Shown: positions 1-11,156, counted from the stretch's first letter. The stretch: 64,000 bases of DNA from Kordia sp. TARA_039_SRF (GCA_006383075.2 SMNH02000006.1:122174-186173), one strand, 5' to 3'. Program-made: numbers and translations. Notes: generated from the sequence alone by a model not told the origin.

Positions 1-65
1 GCGTCAAAGTTTTACGTGGGCAAGTAGAGCTAAAATTTGAATTTCGTTTAAAAGAGGTGCTTTGA
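1..65 (+). CDS. 3' end of an upstream gene truncated by the window edge (..VKVLRGQVELKFEFRLKEVL*), possibly a PDZ-type C-terminus
   Basis: Open frame from nt 3 to TGA at 63-65, followed by an intergenic tract and a terminator; identity is a guess from resemblance only. Confidence 0.4.
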   Translation, partial: VKVLRGQVELKFEFRLKEVL

Positions 66-205
66 TGGCAGATTATAAGATTTGTTAGATTTTTTAGAAG
101 CGCTTTGCTTTTAGAAATAATTAGACTTCAACTAAAAAGAAGACAAAAAACAAATCAACAAAAAAAGCGAAGCGCAAAAAGCAAACACAACAAAGAACAA
201 ACAAA

Positions 206-238
206 AAAAACGCCCATCAAAACTGAAAGGGCGTTTTT
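206..238. terminator. Bidirectional intrinsic terminator
   Basis: AAAAACGCCC-13 nt-GGGCGTTTTT inverted repeat with A/T tails between convergent genes. Confidence 0.7.
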
Positions 239-261
239 AAAAAAATATAGGTTCTCAGAAA

Positions 262-687
262 TTACGACTCAATCTCTGATTTATCTTTCATCATAATACT
301 TTTCTGCTTGCTTGGATCAACAATTTTGCCTTTAATCTTAATGGCTTTCGTTGGCTCATCAGCATTTGAGTATACAGTGATTGTTTTTCTAATTGGTCCC
401 ACACGCTTTGTATCGTACTTCACTTCAATAATTCCAGTCTTTCCTGGTAAAATTGGTGCGTCTGGTTTTTTAGGAATAGTACATCCGCAACTCGAATATA
501 CTCGTGTAATTACCAAAGGCGCTGTTCCTGTATTCGTAAATTCGAATACACGCACGCCATCAGCTCCTTTTTCAATCGTTCCGTAATCAATCGTTTCTGT
601 TTTAAACTCAATCTTTGCGGTTTTCTCCTGCGCTTGTAAAGCGATTGTAAATAAACCTACAAATAATATCGTAACTATTTTTTTCAT
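262..687 (-). CDS. DUF1573 domain secreted protein
   Basis: Signal peptide, then F.F.N.G..PL.I..V.SSCGCT...P..PI.PG motif typical of DUF1573. Confidence 0.85.
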   Translation of the reverse strand: MKKIVTILFVGLFTIALQAQEKTAKIEFKTETIDYGTIEKGADGVRVFEFTNTGTAPLVITRVYSSCGCTIPKKPDAPILPGKTGIIEVKYDTKRVGPIRKTITVYSNADEPTKAIKIKGKIVDPSKQKSIMMKDKSEIES

Positions 688-841
688 CTTCTTTGAATTT
701 AGTATTCGTGTAAAATTAGTTGCTTATTTATAATTTTACAAAAATTATTTCACAAAAAACAAAGTAACTCGTATCAAATACACATATTTCGCAATTAACT
801 GCAAAAGTGATAAAACACTTTTTAAATAGTGTAGATATAAG

Positions 842-849
842 TACTTTTG
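842..849 (+). promoter_or_regulatory. Bacteroidota -7 promoter element for valS
   Basis: TACTTTTG matches TAnnTTTG, 31 nt before the ATG. Confidence 0.55.
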
Positions 850-880
850 TCAACTTAAATAATACAAAAACAATACCAAA

Positions 881-3517
881 ATGAGTATTCAGAAAAAGTA
901 TGATCCAAGTAAGATCGAAGACAAATGGTACCAATATTGGATGGAAAACAACTATTTCCATTCAGAACCAGACGAACGTGAAGCGTATACGATTGTAATT
1001 CCGCCACCAAACGTCACAGGAGTCTTGCACATGGGACACATGCTGAATAATACCATTCAAGATGTATTGATACGTCGCGCCAGACTGCAAGGATACAACG
1101 CTTGTTGGGTTCCTGGAACCGATCACGCTTCTATTGCGACGGAAGCAAAAGTTGTGAACAAATTGAAGCAAGAAGGCATCAATAAGTCCGATATTTCGCG
1201 TGAAGAATTTTTAAAGCACGCTTGGGAATGGACGCACAAACACGGCGGTATTATTTTAGAACAACTAAAGAAATTAGGTGCTTCTTGCGATTGGGAACGC
1301 ACTAAATTCACGATGGATGACGATATGTCAGCATCTGTCATCAAGACATTTGTCGATTTATACAATAAAGGCTTGATTTATCGCGGATATCGTATGGTAA
1401 ATTGGGATCCTGAGGCAAAAACGACACTGTCTGATGAAGAGGTAATTTACGAAGAAAAACAAGGAAACTTATACTATCTGTCGTATGCCATTGAAGGAAG
1501 TGACGAAAAAGTTACGATTGCAACAACACGTCCAGAAACAATTTTGGGAGATACTGCTATTTGTATCAACCCAAATGACGAGCGTTATGCACATTTAAAA
1601 GGAAAAAAAGCAATTGTACCGTTGGCAAACAGAGTCATTCCAATTATTGAAGATGAGTATGTAGACATCGAATTCGGTACAGGTTGCCTAAAAGTAACGC
1701 CTGCACACGATGAAAACGATAAAATGCTGGGCGATAAACACAACTTGGAAGTAATTGATATTTTCAACGAAGATGCAACACTCAATAGTTTCGGATTGCA
1801 TTACGAAGGAAAAGATCGTTTTGTAGTTCGTAAAGAAATCTCAAAAGAATTAGAAGAAAAAGGTTTCTTAATCAAAACCGAGCAACATATCAACAAAGTT
1901 GGAACGTCAGAGCGTACCAAAGCGGTGATTGAGCCGCGTTTGTCTGACCAATGGTTTTTAAAGATGGACGATTTGGTTAAACCAGCTTTAAAAGCAGTAT
2001 TAGATGAAGATAGCGATATAAAATTATTTCCTAAAAAATTTGAAAATACCTATCGTCATTGGATGGAGAATATCCGCGATTGGAATATTTCGCGTCAACT
2101 TTGGTGGGGACAACAAATACCTGCCTATTATTTTGGCGATGGTAAAGAGGATTTCGCTGTGGCGGAAACGAAAGAAGCAGCCTTAGCATTAGCAAAAGCC
2201 GCAACTGGAAACGAAGACTTAGCGCTTGATGATTTACGCCAAGATGAAGACGCACTCGATACGTGGTTTTCGTCATGGTTATGGCCAATTAGTGTATTTG
2301 ACGGAATCCGAAATCCTGAAAATGAAGAAATTCAATATTACTATCCAACAAACGACTTGGTGACAGGACCGGATATTTTATTTTTCTGGGTAGCGCGCAT
2401 GATTATTGCAGGATACGAATACCGCGATATGAAACCGTTTACGAATGTATATTTGACGGGATTGGTTCGCGATAAGCAAGGTAGAAAAATGTCAAAATCG
2501 CTCGGAAATTCGCCAGATGCCTTAAAGTTGATTGAAGATTATGGTGCGGATGGTGTTCGTGTAGGATTGTTATTGAGTTCTGCTGCTGGAAACGATTTAT
2601 TGTTTGACGAAGCTTTATGTGATCAAGGAAAGAAGTTTGCCAATAAAATTTTTCAAGCGTATAACTTAACGCAAATTTGGGAAGTAAGCGACGAAGTTGC
2701 ACAACCAGAAGTAGCAAAAATCGCTATTGATTGGTATGAATCCAAATTGCAAAAAGCGTTGGTAGAATTGGAAGACCAATACAGCAAATACCGAATCTCA
2801 GATGCGTTGATGATTAGTTATAAACTGGTTTGGGACGATTTCTGTTCATGGTTTTTGGAAATGGTCAAACCAACCTACGGTTCGCCAATTGATAAAAAAA
2901 CTTATGATAAAGTAATTGCATTGTTTGAAGCGAATTTGAAGATTTTACATCCGTTTATGCCATTCCTTACGGAAGATATTTGGCAACGCATGGCAGCACG
3001 TTCTCCTGAAGAAGCATTGATTGTTGCTAGCTGGCCAGAAACCGGAGCAATTGATGAAACAATCTTAACGGATTTTGAAATGATTCAAGACGTGGTTTCA
3101 GGAATCCGAACAATTCGTAAAGAGAAAAACATCGCGAACAAAGATGCAATCTCGTTAACGATTGTCAACAATGAAAAATCTACGGATTCGCTTGATGCTG
3201 TGATTGCAAAGCTAGGAAACGTAGAAAATATCAGCTACAGCGACGAAAAGTTAGAAGGCGCATTGTCGTTCCGTGTAAAATCGAATGAGTATTTCATTCC
3301 GATGGAAGGCGCGATTGACATCGAGGCAGAAATTGAAAAGTTGACAAAAGAACTAGAATATGTAGAAGGTTCGTTGCGCATTGTTCAAAAGAAACTTTCA
3401 AATGAACGTTTTGTAAACAATGCTCCTGAGCAAGTAGTTGCCAACGAAAAGAAGAAAGAAGCAGATGCTGTCGCGAAGATTGAAACGTTGAAAGCTAGTT
3501 TAGCTGCGCTTCGCTAA
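881..3517 (+). CDS. valS: Valine--tRNA ligase
   Basis: [13 protein letters not shown] (HIGH), [24 protein letters not shown]-terminal coiled coil; 878 aa. Confidence 0.98.
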   Translation: MSIQKKYDPSKIEDKWYQYWMENNYFHSEPDEREAYTIVIPPPNVTGVLHMGHMLNNTIQDVLIRRARLQGYNACWVPGTDHASIATEAKVVNKLKQEGINKSDISREEFLKHAWEWTHKHGGIILEQLKKLGASCDWERTKFTMDDDMSASVIKTFVDLYNKGLIYRGYRMVNWDPEAKTTLSDEEVIYEEKQGNLYYLSYAIEGSDEKVTIATTRPETILGDTAICINPNDERYAHLKGKKAIVPLANRVIPIIEDEYVDIEFGTGCLKVTPAHDENDKMLGDKHNLEVIDIFNEDATLNSFGLHYEGKDRFVVRKEISKELEEKGFLIKTEQHINKVGTSERTKAVIEPRLSDQWFLKMDDLVKPALKAVLDEDSDIKLFPKKFENTYRHWMENIRDWNISRQLWWGQQIPAYYFGDGKEDFAVAETKEAALALAKAATGNEDLALDDLRQDEDALDTWFSSWLWPISVFDGIRNPENEEIQYYYPTNDLVTGPDILFFWVARMIIAGYEYRDMKPFTNVYLTGLVRDKQGRKMSKSLGNSPDALKLIEDYGADGVRVGLLLSSAAGNDLLFDEALCDQGKKFANKIFQAYNLTQIWEVSDEVAQPEVAKIAIDWYESKLQKALVELEDQYSKYRISDALMISYKLVWDDFCSWFLEMVKPTYGSPIDKKTYDKVIALFEANLKILHPFMPFLTEDIWQRMAARSPEEALIVASWPETGAIDETILTDFEMIQDVVSGIRTIRKEKNIANKDAISLTIVNNEKSTDSLDAVIAKLGNVENISYSDEKLEGALSFRVKSNEYFIPMEGAIDIEAEIEKLTKELEYVEGSLRIVQKKLSNERFVNNAPEQVVANEKKKEADAVAKIETLKASLAALR

Positions 3518-3787
3518 TGTATCAATTTTTTAATGTATCAATGTAGCAGTTCTTAATGTGCTAATTTGATAATTTGAAAATTTTTAATACGATAACGGGC
3601 GTTCGCGTTGCTCACTTGTATGAACATCGCTAGCGCTCGTTTTTTGTTTACTTTTCTTTCAGAAAAATACGCGAAGTGACGGTTATTTTATGAAGTTTAT
3701 AAGTTTAGGAGTTTAGATTTTGAACTAATTCAAAATTTAAAATCCTAAGAGCGAAAAGCAAGTCTAAAGCTTAGCGTTTCTGACAAT

Positions 3788-4045
3788 CTATTCAAAATAC
3801 GAATTCACCAAATCAATATATTCCTGCTTGGCTTCTTCTGGAGAAATGTCTTGCATTTGCAACAATGCATTCATTTTAAAGGCGTTGATGATTGGACGGC
3901 GACTGCTAGGTTTGTCGTCGTTGTTTGTTGCGCGTTTGTAGTAGGCGTATAAACGCAATAGGAAATCTGCTGGAAAAGAATCCGTACAGTTATTAATGCG
4001 CTCAACAGCTTCGTAAAATTCAATATCTAACTTTGAAGTACTCAT
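3788..4045 (-). CDS. Acyl-CoA-binding protein (ACBP family)
   Basis: 85 aa with LLRLYAYYKRAT and EEAKQEYIDLV motifs; ATGA overlap with the psd stop. Confidence 0.8.
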   Translation of the reverse strand: MSTSKLDIEFYEAVERINNCTDSFPADFLLRLYAYYKRATNNDDKPSSRRPIINAFKMNALLQMQDISPEEAKQEYIDLVNSYFE

Positions 4046-4692
4046 GATTTCATTGCTACAACATCAACACCACCTTTTACCGTTTGGTTGAGTTGCACAT
4101 TCAATTTTGTGTCTAATGGTAAAAATAAATCTACACGCGATCCAAATTTGATGAATCCTGCGTCTTCTCCTTGTACAGCGTTTTCGCCTTCCTCAGCATA
4201 GTTGATAATTCTTCGCGCCAACGCACCTGCAATTTGACGGTATAAAACTGGTCCGTACGTATCATTGTCAACCACAATCGTAGTACGTTCGTTTTCTTCT
4301 GACGATTTTGGATGCCAAGCTACCAAGTATTTTCCAGGATGGTATTTGCTGTATTTTATTGTTCCACCAATCGCATAGCGCGTTACATGCACGTTGATTG
4401 GTGACATAAAAATAGAAACTTGCAAACGCTTATCTTTAAAATATTCTTTTTCAAATACTTCTTCAATTACCACTACTTTTCCGTCAACGGGCGCAATCAC
4501 ATGCGCATCGTTTTTGGGAGTGACGCGTTTTGGGTTTCTAAAAAATTGTAAAATCAAGATTAGAAATACAACTGCAACTGCTTGTAGTCCATATTTTATC
4601 CATGCAATATCAATCTTATCAGCGGTTAGCACAATGGCTGCAACAATGATAAAGGTGACAATAATGATTTTATATCCTTCTTTATGAAACAT
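4042..4692 (-). CDS. psd: Phosphatidylserine decarboxylase proenzyme
   Basis: FFRNP, APVDG, IFMSPINVH and FIKFGSRVD self-cleavage motif. Confidence 0.93.
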   Translation of the reverse strand: MFHKEGYKIIIVTFIIVAAIVLTADKIDIAWIKYGLQAVAVVFLILILQFFRNPKRVTPKNDAHVIAPVDGKVVVIEEVFEKEYFKDKRLQVSIFMSPINVHVTRYAIGGTIKYSKYHPGKYLVAWHPKSSEENERTTIVVDNDTYGPVLYRQIAGALARRIINYAEEGENAVQGEDAGFIKFGSRVDLFLPLDTKLNVQLNQTVKGGVDVVAMKS

Positions 4693-5503
4693 AGTGTAAT
4701 ATCTTTAAAAACAAATAAATAAAAGGCGCTGAAAATAGCATGCTATCCAATCGGTCAAAAATTCCGCCATGGCCAGGCATAATAGAGCCGCTGTCTTTTA
4801 CATTTGCTTGTCGTTTAAATTTTGATTGAATTAAATCGCCAATCGTTCCGATAGAACTGATAATAATTGCTAAAATCAGCCAACTCGTAAAACTTAAGGT
4901 TTCTGTAAATTTAAAGATAAAATAGCTAGCAATACAAGAAAAAAGTACGCCGCCTAAAAAGCCTTCTACCGTTTTTTTGGGTGAAATACGTACAAAAAGT
5001 TTTTGTTTTCCAAAGTTTTTTCCCGTAAGGTAAGCAAAAGAATCATTTACCCAAACTAGAATAAAACTGCCTAAAATGATGTACGGTTCGTAGTTATCTG
5101 TCGCGTTCGGAATCAGTAATAAAAAAGCAAAACTACTGCTCATATAAAACGTAACGAGCAAGTATTTTTTGAATTCCGTTTGCGGAATGATTTTTTTACT
5201 GAATAAATCGCGTATTAAAAATAACGACACAAACATGGAAAAAACTAGCAGAATTAGTGTGGCTTCTTCGAGTTTGACTTCGGGTTGTAGTTGTTTCCAA
5301 AATACAAAAACACTTAAGATGGTTAACAGAATGAAATAGTGTATAAAGCCTTTTAAATAAATAAGTTTACTGAATTCGTACATGCACACCAATCCAAAAA
5401 TGGTAAACACAGCAAAAATAGCTGATTGTGAGTAATATACTGAGGAAATCAGTAAGGTTACAAAAATAAGTCCGGTTAAAGATCGGGTTAACAATTCTTT
5501 CAT
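4682..5503 (-). CDS. cdsA: Phosphatidate cytidylyltransferase
   Basis: Multi-TM protein with NDSFAY, ISPKKTVEG, SKFKRQANVKDSG..MPGHGGIFDRLDS; start moved to ATG 5503 just after the upstream stop. Confidence 0.93.
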   Translation of the reverse strand: MKELLTRSLTGLIFVTLLISSVYYSQSAIFAVFTIFGLVCMYEFSKLIYLKGFIHYFILLTILSVFVFWKQLQPEVKLEEATLILLVFSMFVSLFLIRDLFSKKIIPQTEFKKYLLVTFYMSSSFAFLLLIPNATDNYEPYIILGSFILVWVNDSFAYLTGKNFGKQKLFVRISPKKTVEGFLGGVLFSCIASYFIFKFTETLSFTSWLILAIIISSIGTIGDLIQSKFKRQANVKDSGSIMPGHGGIFDRLDSMLFSAPFIYLFLKILHYVS

Positions 5504-5504
5504 T

Positions 5505-6113
5505 CTAGAGGTCTTCCAATAGCAGCAAATATAAGTTTTTTGAGCTACTTCCGTAAGATAAAAAGTCCTTTTCTTCCTGCACTTGAAAATGCTTGATTGT
5601 AGTAATGTTGGATGGAATATTGGATTTGTATTTGTTTTTGATGCCGCGCAAACCTTCGCCAATTGTGGTTACAAGTTGACTTGTTTTGGCTAGAATGACA
5701 AAATTATCAGGTAAATCGTTGAGTTTCTTTTCTTTTATTTGATTGGAACATACTAAAATAGAGCCGTTGTCAGCAATCAAATATTCGCAAGATGATAAGA
5801 AGAAACTTGCGTTCATATTGATACGTGAAAATTTCATGTCAAAATTGTCAAAATGCTCTTGGAGTCCTTCATCAAAGCATAATACTTCTTTTTCTTCCCA
5901 ATGGTTTTCTAAGAGAATATTTTCCAAACTATCGTACACGTCTGTAAACGAATCGCAATACAAAAATTTACCGCCGTTTTTGCGGAAATTGATGGTAAAG
6001 CGTTCGTCAATAGGCAATTGTACTTGTGGCATATATTTTCCGCGCTCTTCCGCAGGATCATTTTCCTGTTGAGGCTTGGATTTGGAGCCGAAAATTTTTT
6101 TGAAAAGACTCAT
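5505..6113 (-). CDS. LUD (lactate utilization B/C-like) domain protein
   Basis: Recalled similarity to the flavobacterial protein normally found after ftsH (CEYLIADNGS, PSNITTI). Confidence 0.6.
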   Translation of the reverse strand: MSLFKKIFGSKSKPQQENDPAEERGKYMPQVQLPIDERFTINFRKNGGKFLYCDSFTDVYDSLENILLENHWEEKEVLCFDEGLQEHFDNFDMKFSRINMNASFFLSSCEYLIADNGSILVCSNQIKEKKLNDLPDNFVILAKTSQLVTTIGEGLRGIKNKYKSNIPSNITTIKHFQVQEEKDFLSYGSSSKNLYLLLLEDL

Positions 6114-6157
6114 AGAGTCAGTTGTAGTTTAGGATTTGGAAAAATTTACGTAAAGAT

Positions 6158-6192
6158 AAAAAATCTCGAATTATCTTTCGTATAATTCGAGA
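6158..6192 (-). terminator. Intrinsic terminator after ftsH
   Basis: 11-bp stem TCTCGAATTAT/ATAATTCGAGA followed by a T run on the minus strand. Confidence 0.65.
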
Positions 6193-6225
6193 CTTTTTAA
6201 GAGTTAATATTTTGTGAATATGTGT

Positions 6226-8163
6226 TTATTCTTCAGAATCGTCTTTCTCTTCTAACTTTTCAAACGGTCTTTTACCGAAAATTACTTCTAAGTCGTCTTT
6301 GAAGATTACTTCTTTTTCTAACAGCAATTCTGCAAGTTTTGTCAGCTTGTCTTTGTTTTGCTCCAAAATTTGAATGGCCCTTTGGTATTGATTTTCGATA
6401 ATCTTCGAGATTTCTTCATCAATCGTTTTTGCCGTTTCTTCACTATACGGTTTTGAGAACGCATTGTCGTTTCCGCTAGAATCGTAATAGGTAAGGTTTC
6501 CAATTTTGTCATTTAAACCATATACGGCAACCATAGCACGCGCTTGTTTGGTTACTTTTTCCAAATCGCTCAATGCACCCGTAGAAATTTTATCAAAAAT
6601 TACTTTCTCTGCGGCACGTCCACCAAGTGTTGCACACATTTCGTCCAACATTTGCTCCGTACGAACCAACATACGTTCTTCTGGCAAGTACCAAGCAGCT
6701 CCTAACGATTGTCCTCTCGGTACAATAGTTACTTTTACAAGTGGTGCAGCATGCTCCACCAACCAGCTTACCGTAGCGTGACCAGCTTCGTGGAAAGCTA
6801 CCGTTTTCTTTTCTTCTGGTGTGATGATTTTATTTTTCTTCTCCAATCCGCCTACAATTCTATCTACGGCGTCAAGGAAATCCTGTTTTTCAACTGCTTT
6901 TTTACCTTTTCTCGCTGCGATTAAAGCTGCTTCGTTACAAACGTTTGCAATGTCTGCTCCAGAGAATCCTGGCGTTTGTTTGGATAAAAAGTCTGTATCT
7001 AAATCTTCCGCTTTTTTCAACGGCTTTAAGTGTACTTCAAAAATTTCTTTACGTTCACGAATGTCTGGTAAGTCTACATAAATCTGTCTGTCAAAACGTC
7101 CCGCACGCATCAAGGCTTTATCTAAAATGTCTGCACGGTTCGTTGCCGCCATCACGATGACATTGGTATTGGTACCAAAACCGTCCATTTCTGTCAATAA
7201 CTGGTTTAGCGTGTTTTCGCGTTCGTCGTTAGAACCTGTAAAGTTGTTTTTTCCACGCGCACGTCCAATCGCATCAATTTCATCAATAAAGATAATTGCT
7301 GGCGATTTTTCTTTGGCTTGTTTAAACAAATCGCGCACTCTTGATGCTCCTACGCCGACAAACATTTCCACAAAATCAGAACCTGAAAGCGAGAAGAATG
7401 GTACTTTCGCTTCTCCAGCGACTGCTTTTGCTAATAAGGTTTTTCCTGTTCCTGGAGGTCCTACAAGCAAGGCTCCTTTCGGAATTTTTCCACCAAGTGA
7501 GGTGTATTTTTCAGGATTTTTCAAGAAATCTACAATCTCTTGTACTTCTTCTTTCGCACCTTCCAAACCAGCTACATCTTTAAAAGATGTTTTCATATCG
7601 GTTTTTTCGTCGAATAATTTTGCTTTCGATTTGCCAATATTGAAAATTTGTCCACCAGCACCGCCAGCGCCACCGCCAGACATTCTTCGCATGAGGAAAA
7701 TCCAAACAACAATTATCAAAACAAACGGAAGTATACTGAAAATGATACTCGAAAAAGTAGTGTCTTGTTGGTCAGAAGCAATCTGGAAATCAAGATTTTT
7801 CTCTTCTTTTACATCATTCAGGTAGTTTTCAAAATTTTCAAGGTCTAGATATTTGATAGAAAAATCGGGATTATTTCCCATCATAAAGATGCTAGGTCTG
7901 TTGTTGACTATTTTTTTGTAAATGTCTTTATCAGCCGCACCTTGCTTTAAATAAACCTTTGCAATTTTTGTATTTGTTATTACTTCAATTTTTTCAATAT
8001 CGTTGTAAGGAACAAGTTCTTTAAATTGTGTAAATGTGACATCATCACCTGCTCCGGAATCGTTCGATAAAATCAAGAAAAGGAGAAAAATTCCAATTAA
8101 ACCATAAATCCAATACGCATTGAATTTAGGTTTCTTAGCCATGTTATTGTTATCTTTTGCCAT
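6226..8163 (-). CDS. ftsH: ATP-dependent zinc metalloprotease FtsH
   Basis: Two TMs, Walker A GPPGTGKT, Walker [17 protein letters not shown] zinc motif. Confidence 0.98.
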   Translation of the reverse strand: MAKDNNNMAKKPKFNAYWIYGLIGIFLLFLILSNDSGAGDDVTFTQFKELVPYNDIEKIEVITNTKIAKVYLKQGAADKDIYKKIVNNRPSIFMMGNNPDFSIKYLDLENFENYLNDVKEEKNLDFQIASDQQDTTFSSIIFSILPFVLIIVVWIFLMRRMSGGGAGGAGGQIFNIGKSKAKLFDEKTDMKTSFKDVAGLEGAKEEVQEIVDFLKNPEKYTSLGGKIPKGALLVGPPGTGKTLLAKAVAGEAKVPFFSLSGSDFVEMFVGVGASRVRDLFKQAKEKSPAIIFIDEIDAIGRARGKNNFTGSNDERENTLNQLLTEMDGFGTNTNVIVMAATNRADILDKALMRAGRFDRQIYVDLPDIRERKEIFEVHLKPLKKAEDLDTDFLSKQTPGFSGADIANVCNEAALIAARKGKKAVEKQDFLDAVDRIVGGLEKKNKIITPEEKKTVAFHEAGHATVSWLVEHAAPLVKVTIVPRGQSLGAAWYLPEERMLVRTEQMLDEMCATLGGRAAEKVIFDKISTGALSDLEKVTKQARAMVAVYGLNDKIGNLTYYDSSGNDNAFSKPYSEETAKTIDEEISKIIENQYQRAIQILEQNKDKLTKLAELLLEKEVIFKDDLEVIFGKRPFEKLEEKDDSEE

Positions 8164-8181
8164 TAAATCAAAATGTAATTT

Positions 8182-8553
8182 TTAATAATTTGCTTGAATA
8201 GAAGTTACTTTTGCATCACCCCAAAGTCCTTCAATGTCATAAAACTCTCGAATGTGTTTTTGGAAAACGTGTACAACTACATTGACATAATCCATTAAAA
8301 CCCATTCTGCATTTTCAGAACCTTCTACATGCCAAGGCTTATCTTTTAATTCTTTGCTCACCGTTTTTTGAACGGAGCCTACAATGGCATTCACCTGAGT
8401 GTTAGAGGTACCATTGCAAATAATAAAGTAGTCACAAACTGTATTGTCTATTTCACGTAAGTCTAAGATGGTGATATCATTTCCCTTTACTTCTTCTATC
8501 CCTTTTATGATGCCTGTGATCAATTGATCCGTACTTACCTTAGTTTTCGTCAT
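8182..8553 (-). CDS. rsfS: Ribosome silencing factor
   Basis: DYFIICNGTS, WVLMDYVNVVVHVFQ..REFYDIEGLW. Confidence 0.95.
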   Translation of the reverse strand: MTKTKVSTDQLITGIIKGIEEVKGNDITILDLREIDNTVCDYFIICNGTSNTQVNAIVGSVQKTVSKELKDKPWHVEGSENAEWVLMDYVNVVVHVFQKHIREFYDIEGLWGDAKVTSIQANY

Positions 8554-8645
8554 TCAATTATTTATATTTTATACAAAAGTATTACTTTTAAATGTTATTT
8601 GTAACTTCTTTATCATAAGAATCTCTAAAGATTTTAAAACCTGCA

Positions 8646-9377
8646 ATGAAAATAATCAAACTTAATGCCATTGATTCAACGAATTCGTACGTGCGACAGC
8701 TTAGTTTGCAAGAAAAGTTAGTGGATTTTACCATTGTAACGGCTGCCTCTCAGACTTCAGGGCGAGGTCAAATGGGCACTACGTGGAATACAGAAAAGGG
8801 CAAAAACCTTACGTTTAGCGTGTTTAAGAGGGTTTCTTGTTTAGAAAACGATGAGCAGTTTTATATCAGCATGGCAACTTCTTTGGCAATTTACAACGCT
8901 TTAAAGCATTTTCAAATTCCGAGATTAGCCATTAAATGGCCAAACGACATTTTGGCAGAAAATAAAAAAATATGTGGCATTTTGATTGAAAATGTCATAC
9001 AAAATAGCAAAATGACAGCCGCAATTATCGGAATTGGCTTAAATGTGAATCAGACAAATTTTGACACTTTGCAGAATGCTTCGTCTCTAAAAAAAATTAC
9101 GGGAATTCATTACGATTTGAATGAAGTGTTGTTTCAAATAGTAGCACAATTAGAGAAATATGCACGTTTGATTACCGAACGCTCGCTCGAACAACTGAAA
9201 ATGGAGTATGAATCGTTGTTGTTCCGAAAAGATAAACCGTCTACCTTTGAAGATGCCGAGGGAAATTTGTTTATGGGATTTATTCAAGGTGTCGCTGACG
9301 ACGGAAAATTGAACGTATTGCTAGAAGACGAAGTGGTACAAGCATTTGATTTGAAAGAATTAAAGCTGTTGTATTGA
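8646..9377 (+). CDS. birA: Biotin--[acetyl-CoA-carboxylase] ligase (no N-terminal HTH)
   Basis: DSTN, QTSGRGQ, IKWPNDI, KICGILIE, IGIGLNVN. Confidence 0.92.
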   Translation: MKIIKLNAIDSTNSYVRQLSLQEKLVDFTIVTAASQTSGRGQMGTTWNTEKGKNLTFSVFKRVSCLENDEQFYISMATSLAIYNALKHFQIPRLAIKWPNDILAENKKICGILIENVIQNSKMTAAIIGIGLNVNQTNFDTLQNASSLKKITGIHYDLNEVLFQIVAQLEKYARLITERSLEQLKMEYESLLFRKDKPSTFEDAEGNLFMGFIQGVADDGKLNVLLEDEVVQAFDLKELKLLY

Positions 9378-9449
9378 AGCTATGATACCAGTCTGAGACT
9401 CGCATCAGCTTTGTCTTGAAACTTAGTGAGCTTCGCTTACTGAAATTGT

Positions 9450-9474
9450 TTGCGTGAGTTTGCAACTCACGCAA
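9450..9474. terminator. Hairpin between convergent birA and SRPBCC genes
   Basis: Perfect 11-bp stem TTGCGTGAGTT-TGC-AACTCACGCAA; weak U tract. Confidence 0.4.
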
Positions 9475-9499
9475 TATTTGAAGTACAAAACTTTCTACA

Positions 9500-9892
9500 C
9501 TACAACTTACTCATGTTTTCAGCAAGCGTGTTGACAAATTTTCCAATGGGTCCTTTAATCATCATGGACATCATTGGGTTGAATTTGCCTTCAAAAGTTA
9601 ACTGTGCTTCACTTTTTCCTTCACTAATCTCCTGAATGTTTCCAGTTAAGGTAAACGGTAATTTGTCAGAAGCTGCGCCTAAAACTACTTTGTTTGGCGG
9701 TGTGCTTTCTTTTAATTTTAAGATAATTTCTGGCATTCCTTTTAAGGCGAATACAAACTTTCCTTCTTCCAGCACTTCAAATTTGCTGATGTTTTCAGGC
9801 ATTAATTTTTCAAAATTTTCAACATTTGTCAAAAAATCATACAGTTCTTGAGGAGATTTGTCAACCTGTACTTTAGGGCTTTCTATATTCAT
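9500..9892 (-). CDS. SRPBCC/CoxG-like family protein
   Basis: 130 aa; ELYDFLTNVENFEKLMP start and C-terminal helix typical of the START-like fold. Confidence 0.7.
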   Translation of the reverse strand: MNIESPKVQVDKSPQELYDFLTNVENFEKLMPENISKFEVLEEGKFVFALKGMPEIILKLKESTPPNKVVLGAASDKLPFTLTGNIQEISEGKSEAQLTFEGKFNPMMSMMIKGPIGKFVNTLAENMSKL

Positions 9893-9922
9893 GTATACTA
9901 TTTGTTATTTTTTGATAGGTAA

Positions 9923-10567
9923 TCAATTAGCGTTCCAATTTGCAGGATCTTTTCGCCAATTTTCCAGTGTTTCTAATTCGCCAGAAGTAATATAGTTAGT
10001 GTCTAACGCTTGTTCTAGCAGATTTTCGTAATTACTCAATGTATGTAAATTGACCTCAGCTTTTTCAAAATTTTCCTTGGCAATGTCAAAATTATATGAA
10101 AAAATCGCTACCATTCCTTTGACGTTCACTTCTGCAGCTTCGAGTGCTTTTACGGCATTCAAGCTACTTTTTCCTGTGCTGATTAAATCTTCAACGACTA
10201 CCACATTTTGTCCTTTTTGTATAAAACCTTCAATTTGATTTTGTCGTCCGTGCTTTTTGGCTTCTGGACGTACATATACAAAAGGTACACTTAAATATTC
10301 GGCTACCAGAATACCAATTCCGATAGCGCCAGTAGCAACTCCCGCAATAACATCAGGCTTTCCATATTCGTTTTCAATATGCTTGGCAAATTGTTCTCTG
10401 AGGTAATTTCGAATCGGTGGAAAGGACAATGTAATTCTATTGTCACAATAAATTGGCGACTTCCAGCCGGAAGCCCAAACAAAAGGCTCTTGTGGTTGTA
10501 ATTTAATTGCGTTAATTTGCAACAACAATTCGGCAGTCTTTTTGGCTGTATTTTTATCAAAAATCAT
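9923..10567 (-). CDS. pyrE: Orotate phosphoribosyltransferase
   Basis: ASGWKSPIYCDNR, VRPEAKKHG, VVVEDLISTGKS; start placed at ATG 10567. Confidence 0.96.
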   Translation of the reverse strand: MIFDKNTAKKTAELLLQINAIKLQPQEPFVWASGWKSPIYCDNRITLSFPPIRNYLREQFAKHIENEYGKPDVIAGVATGAIGIGILVAEYLSVPFVYVRPEAKKHGRQNQIEGFIQKGQNVVVVEDLISTGKSSLNAVKALEAAEVNVKGMVAIFSYNFDIAKENFEKAEVNLHTLSNYENLLEQALDTNYITSGELETLENWRKDPANWNAN

Positions 10568-10571
10568 AGTG

Positions 10572-10579
10572 CAAATGTA
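10572..10579 (-). promoter_or_regulatory. -7 element 4 nt before the pyrE ATG, overlapping the start codon of the divergent NUDIX gene
   Basis: Minus strand reads TACATTTG-CACT-ATG. Confidence 0.6.
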
Positions 10580-11156
10580 TAAAGTTTTTATCAATGATAA
10601 GGTCATTATTCTATCAAATGAAGTGCAAAAGAATGAAATTTCCGACACTTATGTATTAAAAGATGTTGATTTAGAGTGGCTTATAGGGAAAATGTATGCT
10701 GGAAAAATAGACAAAGCGATACTTTATCACGATAAAAGTGACGATTTACTTCCGTTGCTTTCTTCCAGACTTCCTTTGGTAGAAGCTGCGGGCGGTTTGG
10801 TGAAAAATGATAAAAACGAAACCTTGTTTATTTTTAGAAATGGAAAGTGGGATTTACCAAAAGGTAAAACCGAAAAAGGCGAAAACATGGAAGAAACTGC
10901 CATTCGAGAAGTAGAAGAAGAAACAGGCGTTACAGGATTAACGATTACCGATTTTTTAATGCAAACCTATCATGTTTTCAAAAGAAATGGAGAATATCGC
11001 CTAAAATTGACGCATTGGTACAGCATGAAAACAAGTTACGACGGCGAATTGCATCCAGAAATTGAAGAAGACATCATGGAAGTGGTTTGGAAAAATGATT
11101 CCGCAGTAGAAACTGCTTTACAAAACTCCTATGAGAATATAAAGATGTTGTTTTAG
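10575..11156 (+). CDS. NUDIX hydrolase
   Basis: Nudix box GKTEKGENMEETAIREVEEETG; start placed at ATG 10575. Confidence 0.92.
   Translation: MYKVFINDKVIILSNEVQKNEISDTYVLKDVDLEWLIGKMYAGKIDKAILYHDKSDDLLPLLSSRLPLVEAAGGLVKNDKNETLFIFRNGKWDLPKGKTEKGENMEETAIREVEEETGVTGLTITDFLMQTYHVFKRNGEYRLKLTHWYSMKTSYDGELHPEIEEDIMEVVWKNDSAVETALQNSYENIKMLF

Noticed and set aside
105-296. 63-aa ORF rich in K/Q/T
   Set aside because: It is a translation of the A/C-rich heptamer tract, crosses a terminator and overlaps the DUF1573 3' end.
5504-5662. 53-aa N-terminal extension of cdsA in the ORF track
   Set aside because: It overlaps the upstream LUD gene in another frame; ATG 5503 sits right after that gene's stop.
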